Below are positions 17,492 through 27,816 of a DNA stretch of 64,000 nucleotides, piece by piece; the first letter of the stretch is position 1; each line of letters begins with the position of its first letter. Where the stretch lies: assembly GCA_964370865.1 (NCBI GenBank), contig CAYJKF010000002.1:20719-84718 (forward strand), read 5' to 3'. Below the pieces are notes generated by a model. It was given only the letters and a program-made list of their open reading frames with translations, was not told the origin of the DNA and made no database searches. This stretch comes from an uncultured Candidatus Saccharibacteria bacterium. Lineage in GTDB: Bacteria; Patescibacteriota; WWE3; 2-01-FULL-39-13. Both the position numbers and the translations under genes were made by a program.

Positions 17492-19190
17492 GTATTCACT
17501 GCCATTAATCATAACAGTACTTGCTATCGTCATTATTGCCTATTCTATTGTTCTAAGAATTTATGGATTAGGATATTCTGATTTACAAGGTGATGAGATT
17601 AATACAATCAATTATTTATATTCACCTGATAAAAGTTTTGGTGATTATTTACTTGAACAGAAAAAGGGTCCCATTCAATTTGTAATTAATTATATAAACA
17701 CAAGTCTTTTTGGATATGTATCAGAGTGGCAAGTTAGGTTTCCTTATTTATTAGCTGGAATAGTATCGATTTTTGCATTATATAAATTTGTCAAACAAAT
17801 CGATGGAAGAAATACAGCGCTATTAGCTTCACTACTTCTCGCCAGTTCAGGGTTGTTCATTTCATTCTCCAAAATTACGCAGTATCAGTCAGTTATGTAC
17901 TTGTTGTTGTTTGTCTTTTTGTTTTTATTTGTTAAATCCTTTGAATCGCCCGCACGCTTTAAATTACTTGTAATATCAGCCTTCTTATATGGGCTTATGA
18001 TACTTAACCATTATGACGCTCTATCTGTAATGCCATTTATATTATCTTATTTCATAATGAAAGTTCGCAAGGATTCCACTACCTTAGCAGCAAATCTCAG
18101 AAGTCTAACAGTTTTTATGTTTATCGTGCTAGGAGTTACTCTTTCGTTTTATATACCATTTTTGTTACATTCTGAGTTTTCCGATTCAACATCTGGCTAT
18201 TTAAGCGCAAGACTTTTAGGTGGTGGATTTATGCCTCGTACCGAAATTACATTGAAACTGATTAGTATGTATGTACCAAAGTTCTGGTTATACATAATGT
18301 TTTTTTCCTCTATGGCAGGTATTTTGGTAATGCACTTCAATAATATTAAGGCATATAAATTTTTTAACATCACATTTAATGAGAGGTTAATAAAAACGAC
18401 TTTTCTAATCTTAGTGTGTTTACTTGGATTTGCAGTTGTTTTTAGTTTGTATCCAATAAAACCACGTACCTCGGGCTTAATTTTTTTGATTGCTTCATTT
18501 GGAATTGCAAAGACATTATTTTTAATTACGACTAGTTCCTCTGCAAAGATATCATTAACCGTTTGGTACTTAGCTTCTTTTTGGTTTTATTTATTTTTCG
18601 TTCGAGATCCAAGGACACATGTGTACATTGCTTTCCTGCCTGGTTTTATTCACGTGGCAATTTTTTATGTATGGCTGTTAAAGAATAAGATTAACCTGGT
18701 CAAATATGTTTCAGTAGGAATGCTTTCACTTATATTTGTTTATGTGTCTTATTTCAATTGGATGGTGTATTTTGATCGAACTCCTGAATATCCTTGGTGG
18801 AATAAAACTCTATTTGGTAGACCAATGTACAAGATTTCACATAGTAACAGAATAGATGGGGTTTTTGGATTTAATAGTAACCGTGGCTGGAGTGAAATAT
18901 CAAAACTTTTTAGTGCACAGTGTTTACAAGGTTCATATGAATCGAATGAGAAAGATAATATTTCAACGTTTTATGTAGGCTATCCGCAGTTAATGGGAGA
19001 TAAGTGGATTAGAGAAAGTGGAGCCGATAATTTAATAGTTGTAGACGGTCCGCAAAGTTGGATATACGAAAGTCACCGTGAATTTGGGGGTTATAATCTT
19101 CTAACAACACTATACAATGACGATATGCCAGTTACATTCATTTATGGTAAAAAGGATAAGTATCCTACTGGTAAATTGCTCTGCGAATAA
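17475..19190 (+). CDS. GT-C (ArnT/PMT-like) membrane glycosyltransferase, 'QGDE' sub-family
   Basis: TM1-loop LQGDE, EWQVRFP, many TMs, C-terminal soluble domain; paralog of 24406. Confidence 0.8.
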   Translation: MIKIYKYSLPLIITVLAIVIIAYSIVLRIYGLGYSDLQGDEINTINYLYSPDKSFGDYLLEQKKGPIQFVINYINTSLFGYVSEWQVRFPYLLAGIVSIFALYKFVKQIDGRNTALLASLLLASSGLFISFSKITQYQSVMYLLLFVFLFLFVKSFESPARFKLLVISAFLYGLMILNHYDALSVMPFILSYFIMKVRKDSTTLAANLRSLTVFMFIVLGVTLSFYIPFLLHSEFSDSTSGYLSARLLGGGFMPRTEITLKLISMYVPKFWLYIMFFSSMAGILVMHFNNIKAYKFFNITFNERLIKTTFLILVCLLGFAVVFSLYPIKPRTSGLIFLIASFGIAKTLFLITTSSSAKISLTVWYLASFWFYLFFVRDPRTHVYIAFLPGFIHVAIFYVWLLKNKINLVKYVSVGMLSLIFVYVSYFNWMVYFDRTPEYPWWNKTLFGRPMYKISHSNRIDGVFGFNSNRGWSEISKLFSAQCLQGSYESNEKDNISTFYVGYPQLMGDKWIRESGADNLIVVDGPQSWIYESHREFGGYNLLTTLYNDDMPVTFIYGKKDKYPTGKLLCE

Positions 19191-19195
19191 TAAAT

Positions 19196-20752
19196 ATGAA
19201 TATCAGCATTCTTAAAAATACAAAATTAATACTTTTTGTTCTGGTAGTAGTTGGCTTAGTAATGAGGCTAATCCCAATTCGATACGGTTTGCCATTACAA
19301 CTGAACATAGATGAACCATCACTGGTTAGTGCAGTGTTCTCGTTAAAATCAGGTTTAAATCCCGAAAGATTTGACTGGCCACATTTGTATTTCTATATAA
19401 ATTTTTTGTTTTACGGATTATTTTATTGGATTTTTAAGATAATTGGATTAGCCACAGAAAATGATTCATTCTACTTCATGATTTCAAGAGGTCTTTCAGC
19501 AGTGTTTGGTGTCGCAACAATTCCGGTAGTTTACCTGATTACTAAAGAAATATTTGGAGGAAATAGAAGGTCAATTTTGGCAGCAATGATATTAACAATA
19601 CTCCCAGTTCATGTGTACGAATCTTTTTTCGCGAAACTTGACGTTGCTCACACTTTTTTTATTAGTCTTGCGGTCTTATTCATGGCTAAGTTAATGAATA
19701 AGGCATCTATTAAGAACTATATTTTAGCTGGATTATTTATTGGATTATCAGTATCTGTTAAATATAATTCCTTCTTACTAGCAATTCCCTTTTTAATAGC
19801 TCATTACTATGCGTTTCCAAGTTGGAGGTATTTAATTAAACCTCGTAACATATTAAAGCCAGTTGTTGCGGCTCTAGTTTCAATTGTTGCCTTTTTTGTT
19901 GGAACACCTTTTGCAATTTTAGATTTCAAAACTTTTTGGTCGTACGAACCCCGAGTTGGTGCATTATGGCAGTTCACAAATGTTGGAAATATCGAATGGT
20001 CTGAATATGCAGAAAGCGCTTATGAAACCTTTATTACAATGTATAGAGGTGATTTAGGAATTGTACTCTGGGTTGTATTTATGCTGATGTTAATTAGTTA
20101 TCTTTTCTTTAGACGACGAGATAAACGGTTAAATTTTCTGCTATTACCTGTAGTTATTATTAGCTTTTATATTAGCAAATTAGAAAGATCGCCAGCACAT
20201 TATTTTGTTTTCTTGTCCGTTTTATATATCCCGGCATTATCAGATTTTATAATCTCCACTATTGATAAACTTCGTAAATTGAAGTTTACCGAGAATACTT
20301 TGCGTATAATGTCATTTTCTATACTGGGATTTATTTTGATACCTAGTATTTACACCTCACTTAAATACGTGTACCTATATTCCAAAATTGATACCAGACT
20401 AGAAGCCTATAATTGGGTTCAAGAGAATATTATCCCAACTGGTCGTTTTATTTATGTCGCTGGAAACGAGTTAAGTTCAGTCATATTTGAAGAAAAAGAA
20501 TCTTTGCGGGTAAAAAGAGTTGATATTGATGTAATTGATAAAGAACTACCTGTATATTTAATCCTAGGCTACGATTTTTTAACCTTAGACGCATTAAAAG
20601 CCAGTAATTGGGATATAGAAGATGTTGGTGGAAGTTCAGAAGATTTATTACCACAATCTGAGATTGTAAAATATATCGATAATAAAAATCGTCCGGGTCC
20701 TCCAATTATTATTTTCAAAATATCTGATTTGACGAACCCAAATGCCCAATAA
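19196..20752 (+). CDS. GT-C (ArnT/PMT-like) membrane glycosyltransferase, 'DEP/FDWPH' sub-family
   Basis: NIDEP, FDWPHLY, SR after loop, GLSVSVKYN, GTPF; paralog of 29246. Confidence 0.82.
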   Translation: MNISILKNTKLILFVLVVVGLVMRLIPIRYGLPLQLNIDEPSLVSAVFSLKSGLNPERFDWPHLYFYINFLFYGLFYWIFKIIGLATENDSFYFMISRGLSAVFGVATIPVVYLITKEIFGGNRRSILAAMILTILPVHVYESFFAKLDVAHTFFISLAVLFMAKLMNKASIKNYILAGLFIGLSVSVKYNSFLLAIPFLIAHYYAFPSWRYLIKPRNILKPVVAALVSIVAFFVGTPFAILDFKTFWSYEPRVGALWQFTNVGNIEWSEYAESAYETFITMYRGDLGIVLWVVFMLMLISYLFFRRRDKRLNFLLLPVVIISFYISKLERSPAHYFVFLSVLYIPALSDFIISTIDKLRKLKFTENTLRIMSFSILGFILIPSIYTSLKYVYLYSKIDTRLEAYNWVQENIIPTGRFIYVAGNELSSVIFEEKESLRVKRVDIDVIDKELPVYLILGYDFLTLDALKASNWDIEDVGGSSEDLLPQSEIVKYIDNKNRPGPPIIIFKISDLTNPNAQ

Positions 20753-22793
20753 AATTCTAGATTTATATCATCATCTAAATAAGTTACTTGCCAAATTTGA
20801 ATACTTTATATTGATAGTTTTAATGGTGGGGTTAGTTACACTATCTTTTTCGCTTGCATATAAACGATATTACAATTTTGAATATGGGAAATTTGATTTA
20901 GGAAATATGTCTCAGGTTGTATGGAATATTTCCCGAGGTGATTTTTATCAAATAACTGATCAGTTTGGAAGTAATATGTCTCGAATTGGGATGAGTCATT
21001 TTGATCCGATTCTGCTCATTTTTACGCCATTTTATTGGATTTTCGCACATCCATTAGTGCTAGTATTTTTTCAACACTTATTAATTGCCTCGGCTGTAAT
21101 TCCATTATATTTACTTACTAAAAAACTTTTACAATCTGAATTATTGAGCATTACAGTCTGTTTGACATACTTATTGTTCCCCGCTCTGGGGTTTACGTTA
21201 GTTTGGACAGAGTTTCACGGAATATCTTTTGTAGCGCCACTTTTTTTATGGCTAGTATGGTTTTTGGAAAAGTATAACTTCAAATTCGTGCTAAATAAAA
21301 AAAATATAGCCATCTATTTTGTTCTGCTAATTCTATTATTGTCTGGCAAAGAAGAAATTAGTGCGATCATTGGAGTCTACTCGATAATCATTATGAGTCG
21401 AAATTTTAAACTAGGATTAATTACGATGCTAATTAGCTTTAGCTGGTTCATTACAGTATTTTTCTTTATTATACCGGCTTATTCTCATGTTAGACGGGAC
21501 AGTATCGACAAATACCTAAATTATATCGGTGAAAACAACCCAGTTCCCGAAGACGCTCAGGGGGATAATTTCTTTTATCAACGGTATTCCTATTTGGGTG
21601 AGGATTATCCTGAGATGTTAAAAAATTTAGTTACAAGGCCTAATTTGGTTAAGAGCGTAGTCTTAACTGATGAAAAAACAGAAACATTCTTCTACTTATT
21701 CGGACCATTAGCATTTGTTCCACTACTTAACTTTAATACTTATGTATCGATGCCTGATTTTATGATTACGGTTTTAAGCGAAGAGGAAATCTTTAGTATT
21801 TCCAATCACCGTATAACTTTCATTATCTTCACAACTTTTTTGGGTTATATCTATTTCTTAGCGTTTGTTGCAAAGAAACTTCCGAAAGTGAGATATTTTG
21901 TGCATTTATTAGTTATAGTAAATTTCTTTTTGTGCATTTATTTTTCATTAATCACGAGAAATCCGCTAACATTTCCAATTTTCTCGAAATTGCCAATTGG
22001 ACAATATATTAGTGATGTATATGCGCAGAACAATACAACGACACCACTTGCAGGTGATATAGTTAGGAACAAAACAGTAGACAATACATTTGAGTGTAAG
22101 CAGTTAGTCACTAATCTGGTAAATAGTTCAAAGTTAGAAGTCTATACTGGTCCAGATTATCTTGGTGCTCACACCTCATTACGAAAATATAACGCAGTTT
22201 TTCCTTCGGCTGGTTGGAATGCTGATTTAATAGTTGCTGATTATTATGAAGATAAGACTTATGATCCGCTAGATAATGTTGATTCATGGACGATAAATAA
22301 GAAGGTATTGCTCAAGATATTGGTTGAGCGAGATATGAAACATGTATTAAGCTGTGATCGAATGATGGTGTTTAGTGGTAATGGAAACACCGATACGGTT
22401 GAGTATTTTGAAAGTGGTTCACCGGATGATGTTTACCAACTTCAAATGAAAGATAAAAAGATAGGAATAGCAATAAAAATTCTTGAAAGCCCAAATTCAA
22501 GTAATAACTTCAATGTTACTTATGCATTACAGCGTATGCCTGGAGCCGATGTACGTGATAAAGTAACATTTTGGAACTTTATAGATGAAAATGGTAAGAC
22601 ATTAGAGTTTATTGATTATGTACCAGTTTCTTTAACAGATAAATTACCAGAATCTAAAGACGATGCGTATCTTCTAATTAAACGTGATTTCGAATTCGTT
22701 AGGGATCAATTATCGGACAACGTACAAGTCTATTATGGAATGTCTAACCAAATAGATGGTGCGGCAATTTATCTTGGTGAATGGACGCTATAA
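20742..22793 (+). CDS. DUF2079-like GT-C membrane protein with long C-terminal extracytoplasmic region
   Basis: FDLGNMSQVVWN, HFDPIL, EFH, KEE motifs typical of DUF2079. Confidence 0.75.
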   Translation: MPNKILDLYHHLNKLLAKFEYFILIVLMVGLVTLSFSLAYKRYYNFEYGKFDLGNMSQVVWNISRGDFYQITDQFGSNMSRIGMSHFDPILLIFTPFYWIFAHPLVLVFFQHLLIASAVIPLYLLTKKLLQSELLSITVCLTYLLFPALGFTLVWTEFHGISFVAPLFLWLVWFLEKYNFKFVLNKKNIAIYFVLLILLLSGKEEISAIIGVYSIIIMSRNFKLGLITMLISFSWFITVFFFIIPAYSHVRRDSIDKYLNYIGENNPVPEDAQGDNFFYQRYSYLGEDYPEMLKNLVTRPNLVKSVVLTDEKTETFFYLFGPLAFVPLLNFNTYVSMPDFMITVLSEEEIFSISNHRITFIIFTTFLGYIYFLAFVAKKLPKVRYFVHLLVIVNFFLCIYFSLITRNPLTFPIFSKLPIGQYISDVYAQNNTTTPLAGDIVRNKTVDNTFECKQLVTNLVNSSKLEVYTGPDYLGAHTSLRKYNAVFPSAGWNADLIVADYYEDKTYDPLDNVDSWTINKKVLLKILVERDMKHVLSCDRMMVFSGNGNTDTVEYFESGSPDDVYQLQMKDKKIGIAIKILESPNSSNNFNVTYALQRMPGADVRDKVTFWNFIDENGKTLEFIDYVPVSLTDKLPESKDDAYLLIKRDFEFVRDQLSDNVQVYYGMSNQIDGAAIYLGEWTL

Positions 22794-22816
22794 AATGTTA
22801 AAATATTCGTATTAAA

Positions 22817-24409
22817 ATGAGTTTTCTAATCCGCATAAAAAACCTTAATTCCGCTTATTTCGTCTTTTTTTTAGCTTTTCTATATAGACTTCCAAACTTA
22901 GCCAGCTTTATAAACGATGATGATTCGTTATGGAAATATCGGGGGTACGTTTTTGGTGAGGCTATGTTTAGTCTCGATTTTGGTAGAACAGCAGTTACTT
23001 ATCATCCAGGAGTTCCATTAATGTGGAGTCAGATGTTTGCAATTAAGACATTTGGAGTACTAGATGATTTAATTTTCAAAGGCCAATTAATCGGAAGTAG
23101 ATTATTTTTTTATAACCACTTAATTCAAAATCTTTATCTTCTAATTTTTACGTCATTCCTAATTACTTTCGTTTTTATTCTAATCCGAAGAGTCATAGGG
23201 GAGAAAAGTGCTATCTTATTCATGCTTATACTTCTATTGGAACCATTTTTTATTGCTCTTGGAAGATCACTCCACAATGATTTATTGGTGTCCCTTTTCG
23301 TCTATCTTGGTTTTCTTGGATTATACAATTATTATACTGGCGACTATAAATATGAAGGATTTCTAAAAACTGGTAAAAGCAAAATAATTATTCTTACTGG
23401 TTTGTTTTCAGCTCTGGCATTACTGACCAAGAGCGCATCGCTTTTCTTATTACCTTTGTTATTGTCATTACTAATTCTATTCGTATTGATAAAAAAGGAA
23501 AATATCGCTAAATATTTATCTGGGTTAGTGTGGGTAATTATTTATGCAGTTTTATTTTTCATTTTAGTTTGGCCTGCGATGTGGGTAAGTCCAAGTCATA
23601 CATTGTGGCTCTATTTCTATAAAGGGATCTTCGACACTGCGATTGAGGAAGGTCATCGACACCTATGGTTTGGGGTTGAAACAATGAATCCGGGATTTTG
23701 GTTTTACCCGGTAACTCTAGTTGGCAGATATACGATATTATCAGTGGTTGGAACAATTGCAGGCATTATCCTGGTTACATATCGTGTTATTAAGTCAAAA
23801 CTAAAATTTAGTTCCCTTGATAGTAATACACGGTTTGCTTTAATTAACGTCATCTTTTTCGTGGGGTTTTTCGCAATGTTATCTTTAACTGCAAAGAAAC
23901 TTGATCGATACACAATTCCGATGTTTTTCCCAATGGCGTTATTAACCGTGTATACATTAGATAATCTTCAAAGGAGATTTGGAAAGATAATCTTGATATT
24001 CGTTACTATCATTTTATTATTTAGACTAATTTTGTTGGCATGGATTCATCCCAATTATTTCGTATATTATTCTCCACTTATAGGTGGAATGGATAAGGGA
24101 CGACAAATTATTGAACCTAAGTGGGTAATTGGGTTTAATGACGTCGCGGAATATCTGAATGAAATAAATCGCAATAGTGAAACAAGGATACATGTAGTAA
24201 GCCCTGATTCGCATATACTAAGTTACTTTGCCGACTTTGATACGATTTATCCAGATAATCCAGAGTCTCGTAAAGGGCAATATTTTGTGGTTCCTACCTG
24301 GAAAGCAGAAGGTCAAAGAATGATTTCATTGTTCAGTCTGACAGATGATATGCTAATTAAGACAATTAAGATTGCCGGAGTTGAATATTACGATATCTAT
24401 AAAAAATGA
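22817..24409 (+). CDS. GT-C membrane glycosyltransferase, 'YHPG' sub-family
   Basis: NDDD loop, YHPGVPLMW, LEPFFIALGRSLHND, LLTK, KKLDRY; extended -10 tgttaaaat at 22796-22804. Confidence 0.8.
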   Translation: MSFLIRIKNLNSAYFVFFLAFLYRLPNLASFINDDDSLWKYRGYVFGEAMFSLDFGRTAVTYHPGVPLMWSQMFAIKTFGVLDDLIFKGQLIGSRLFFYNHLIQNLYLLIFTSFLITFVFILIRRVIGEKSAILFMLILLLEPFFIALGRSLHNDLLVSLFVYLGFLGLYNYYTGDYKYEGFLKTGKSKIIILTGLFSALALLTKSASLFLLPLLLSLLILFVLIKKENIAKYLSGLVWVIIYAVLFFILVWPAMWVSPSHTLWLYFYKGIFDTAIEEGHRHLWFGVETMNPGFWFYPVTLVGRYTILSVVGTIAGIILVTYRVIKSKLKFSSLDSNTRFALINVIFFVGFFAMLSLTAKKLDRYTIPMFFPMALLTVYTLDNLQRRFGKIILIFVTIILLFRLILLAWIHPNYFVYYSPLIGGMDKGRQIIEPKWVIGFNDVAEYLNEINRNSETRIHVVSPDSHILSYFADFDTIYPDNPESRKGQYFVVPTWKAEGQRMISLFSLTDDMLIKTIKIAGVEYYDIYKK

Positions 24410-26121
24410 TTAAATTTAAATACCCTATAATTTTTACGATTTTTGTGTTTGCAATAATACTGTTTTCTGTAGTTATAAGAGTGCAAGATTTGGGGTACTC
24501 TAATTTTCAAGGGGATGAGGTTAATACAGTAGATTTCTTATATGAAATGAAGGACGGCAAGGTCATAGATTATTTATTTTCGCAAAAGAGAGGGCCAGTT
24601 CAATACATAATAAACTTAATTAACGTTGGCATTTTCGGTTATCATAATGAATTCTGGATTAGATTTCCTTATGCTTTATTCGGAATACTCGCAATTTACA
24701 CTTTTTATAGATTATCAAAAGAAATTTTTGGTAAAAATTCAGCCTTACTATCAGCATTATTTATATCGATTAATGGTCTATTTATAGCTTTTTCTCGAAT
24801 AACGCAATATCAGTCTGTAATGTATTCGTTAATTCCTATTGGGGTTTTGCTTTTTATCCTTGCACTAAAGAAGATGTCAGTAAAACATATGGCTCTCACG
24901 GGTTTACTAATGTCTGTAATGCTAATTACTCATTATGATACGCTTTCGGTTTTGCCATTCTTTTTGGTTTCATTTGTAGGGAAATTTTACAGAGATGGAA
25001 ACTATTCGAAGGAAAGTATTCTTAGATACATGAAATTGTTGCTCGTGTTTTTCTTATTTTTTATAATTCCGCCACTTTTCTTTTATGTACCATTTTCAAT
25101 GCACCAAGAATTTGGAAGTCGAACATCTGGCTATCTCGAAGATAGGCTTTTTGGTGGTGGATTTATGCCAAGAACCTGGCTAACTATTTACTTGTTATCA
25201 ATGTATAAGCCAATGTGGTTTATTGGAGTGATTTACCTATTAGCAATTAGCTCAGCTCTTTTCCATTTAAAATCTGCCAAGAACTTTATTGTAAAACAGA
25301 TAGATGATAGGTTAGTTCAAATAGGATTACTTTCTCTAGTTATCCTGAATATAGTAGGGACAATGATGAGCCTTACATATTTTAAACCAAGACTGTCAAC
25401 GCTGATGGTTGTAAGTACTTCAATGGCTATAAGTGCTCTACTGACTTTTAGTAAGAATATCAGTGTAAAATATGCGTCGTTAATGTGTTGGTTCCTTGGA
25501 GCCTATTCGGCTTACTTATTTTTGTTTAAGGATCCAAGAACTCATGTTTATGTCGTATTTATGCCAGCGATATTATTAGCAGGGTATACCGCATATAAAT
25601 TATATTCTAGTGTAAATAAAACGGGGTTAAAATATATTGTACTAGGGTCACTGGCTTTAATGGTTTTATATATTACAGGACTAAATTATTCGATTTTTGT
25701 AAACAAAAATCCCGAATATCCTTGGTTCGATAGGTATTATTTAGGTAAGTTAGTTTTTGATATGCCAAGAGTTAGATATAAAAAGATTGACGGAGTTTTT
25801 GGTTTCAATAACTGGCGAGGATGGGAAAAAGTCGCTGAATATGTAGATAATGGTTGTTTAATAGGAAATATAGATTCAAATGAGAAAGATTCTGTTACAT
25901 ATTTTTATCTACGCAAACACCAATTAAGACAGGACTTTTTATCCTATGTTCCGGGACTTGCTGATAATTATATTTACGTTGAAGGCCCGCATAGTTGGGA
26001 ATATGAAAGTCGAGCATTACCAAATACTTATGACTTAGTTGCTACGATTTCATCATCTGACACTAGTGTAACTTATATCTATTCAAAGAATTACAAACCG
26101 GAGTGCTTTCAGACTAATTAA
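24406..26121 (+). CDS. GT-C membrane glycosyltransferase, 'QGDE' sub-family
   Basis: FQGDE, QKRGP, ITQYQS, GGGFMPRT, DPRTHVY, DGVFGFN, SNEKD, all matched in 17475. Confidence 0.8.
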   Translation: MIKFKYPIIFTIFVFAIILFSVVIRVQDLGYSNFQGDEVNTVDFLYEMKDGKVIDYLFSQKRGPVQYIINLINVGIFGYHNEFWIRFPYALFGILAIYTFYRLSKEIFGKNSALLSALFISINGLFIAFSRITQYQSVMYSLIPIGVLLFILALKKMSVKHMALTGLLMSVMLITHYDTLSVLPFFLVSFVGKFYRDGNYSKESILRYMKLLLVFFLFFIIPPLFFYVPFSMHQEFGSRTSGYLEDRLFGGGFMPRTWLTIYLLSMYKPMWFIGVIYLLAISSALFHLKSAKNFIVKQIDDRLVQIGLLSLVILNIVGTMMSLTYFKPRLSTLMVVSTSMAISALLTFSKNISVKYASLMCWFLGAYSAYLFLFKDPRTHVYVVFMPAILLAGYTAYKLYSSVNKTGLKYIVLGSLALMVLYITGLNYSIFVNKNPEYPWFDRYYLGKLVFDMPRVRYKKIDGVFGFNNWRGWEKVAEYVDNGCLIGNIDSNEKDSVTYFYLRKHQLRQDFLSYVPGLADNYIYVEGPHSWEYESRALPNTYDLVATISSSDTSVTYIYSKNYKPECFQTN

Positions 26122-27764
26122 TAGTCAGGGAAGGTAGGGATTAATTTTGTAAGATCGTCTTTTAGAATATTTTCACATTTAAATACAAAGACATTTGGAA
26201 AAGCCATTGGTCCTCTTGTACCAAAGGTTTTAAATAATGGGCAAATATCTTGTGGTACATACTTTTGATTATCATTTCTAGTTACAATGTAATGAATTTT
26301 AATGCCCTTATTATCTGGGACTGCTCCTAGTTCAGCATAAGTAGTCCCATAAAAGAAAGGTGCAAAGGATTTTGTTAACGATTCGTTGCCTATTATAACT
26401 TGCTTTTCTTCGGGTTTACCTTCGCCATTAAAATTTAGATATTGAGCCGCTTGGGCATACCACTCTCCACGATTAACTGGACGCAAACCTTTAGAATGGT
26501 AACCGCCTGGGCCACCAATCAATTCACTATGAAAGAATGAATAAGCTGGATAGTATACATATGCCGTATATGCCATATATATGAAATATACGGTAACTAA
26601 TGAATATACTAAAATTTTCTTGTTGTGAAGTTTTTTAAATATTTCATATATAGAATATGCAGAAAAGAGTAGCATCATCGGCATAAATTCTACTAAATAT
26701 CGATCTTTCAACTTTGAGGGAATTGACATTGATAAGTAGTAGATGACTAGTGAAATTAAAATACCTGTCAGCAGTAAATTTTTCGATTCACGTTTGATCC
26801 TATAAAAATATAAAATTAAACCACAAATGAACGTAATAAAAATGATAGGGGTAAGTCTAATAAATGAAGTCTCCAGATAGTATAAATAAGAATTATTTAA
26901 GAAGGTATCTGGCATACCGCCTCCAAATCCGGTACCCACAATTCCTTCCTTATATATTTTTTTAATTCCCCAAATGGGTGCGACCCACATGTATGGGCTG
27001 ATGGCAAAAAAAGTCGCCACAGCAATTACAAAGTTTATCAAAGTTAATTTTGTGGCTTCTACAAAACTCTTTAAATATCCTTTATCTTTTGAAACATACA
27101 TTAAATAATATAAAGCAGTAATGCCGATTGCTGGATGAAATACCAATAGCGAAATTTTTGTTGCAATTGCCAAACCCTGAAGTATTCCGCTGAAGATTAG
27201 ATATTTTTTTCCTTTAAATTTTAAATAATATAAGAAGGTCAAAAATCCGGTGAAGCCAAACATGCTAGATAAAGCTGTTAAATGTATATATTTACTAATT
27301 CCAAGAAAGAATGGCTCAATACTTAAAATAATCGAAAAGATTAAGGCTAATTTCGCATTTGATAGTTTTCGTATTAGAAGGTAATTGATAGCTCCTAAAA
27401 CTGATATTAGAAAAACGAGTGGAAAAGTCGTTACGAATTGAATTTTAATAAAATGGTGTGGAATATAAGTTGGTTTATAACCATATTTGTATTCGTAAGC
27501 CATTTCAAACGAGTATTTTGCGAAACCGCTAACCCACAGCATTGTTGTCCCAGGGTGATACTGTTGGTAGGTTCCTTTTAAATCCCCTTCTATTAATTCT
27601 CTCGGAAATTTCTCTAAGCGTGGATACCAATATAAAGTGTCGATATTAGCCATATCCGAGCCAAGTGCAATTATTCGAGGAATAAAAAATACCATAAAAA
27701 TGGCGATAAAGGTTAGGAATTTAATTCGTTTAGAAAGTAGCTCGCGGATCTTTGTTAATAACAC
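26118..27764 (-). CDS. GT-C membrane glycosyltransferase, 'YHPG' sub-family
   Basis: SDMANID, YHPGTTMLW, IEPFFLGISK..HLTAL, IATKIS, SKLKDRYLVE, NRGEWY; GTG start. Confidence 0.8.
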   Translation of the reverse strand: MLLTKIRELLSKRIKFLTFIAIFMVFFIPRIIALGSDMANIDTLYWYPRLEKFPRELIEGDLKGTYQQYHPGTTMLWVSGFAKYSFEMAYEYKYGYKPTYIPHHFIKIQFVTTFPLVFLISVLGAINYLLIRKLSNAKLALIFSIILSIEPFFLGISKYIHLTALSSMFGFTGFLTFLYYLKFKGKKYLIFSGILQGLAIATKISLLVFHPAIGITALYYLMYVSKDKGYLKSFVEATKLTLINFVIAVATFFAISPYMWVAPIWGIKKIYKEGIVGTGFGGGMPDTFLNNSYLYYLETSFIRLTPIIFITFICGLILYFYRIKRESKNLLLTGILISLVIYYLSMSIPSKLKDRYLVEFMPMMLLFSAYSIYEIFKKLHNKKILVYSLVTVYFIYMAYTAYVYYPAYSFFHSELIGGPGGYHSKGLRPVNRGEWYAQAAQYLNFNGEGKPEEKQVIIGNESLTKSFAPFFYGTTYAELGAVPDNKGIKIHYIVTRNDNQKYVPQDICPLFKTFGTRGPMAFPNVFVFKCENILKDDLTKLIPTFPDY

Positions 27765-27816
27765 TTACTTATTATAATACAAAGATTTTTTACAGATATA
27801 CAGTTATAATTTACAC
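27765..27816. promoter_or_regulatory. Divergent promoter pair, each TATAAT exactly 6 nt before its start codon
   Basis: TATAAT(-) at 27771-27776 then GTG 27764; TATAAT(+) at 27805-27810 then ATG 27817. Confidence 0.65.

Noticed and set aside
18190-25170. Short nucleotide matches between the 17475 and 24406 genes (acatctggctat, ggtggtggatttatgcc) as a possible DGR template/variable repeat or recent duplication
   Set aside because: Matches are confined to conserved protein motifs, show no adenine-specific pattern, and no reverse transcriptase is present
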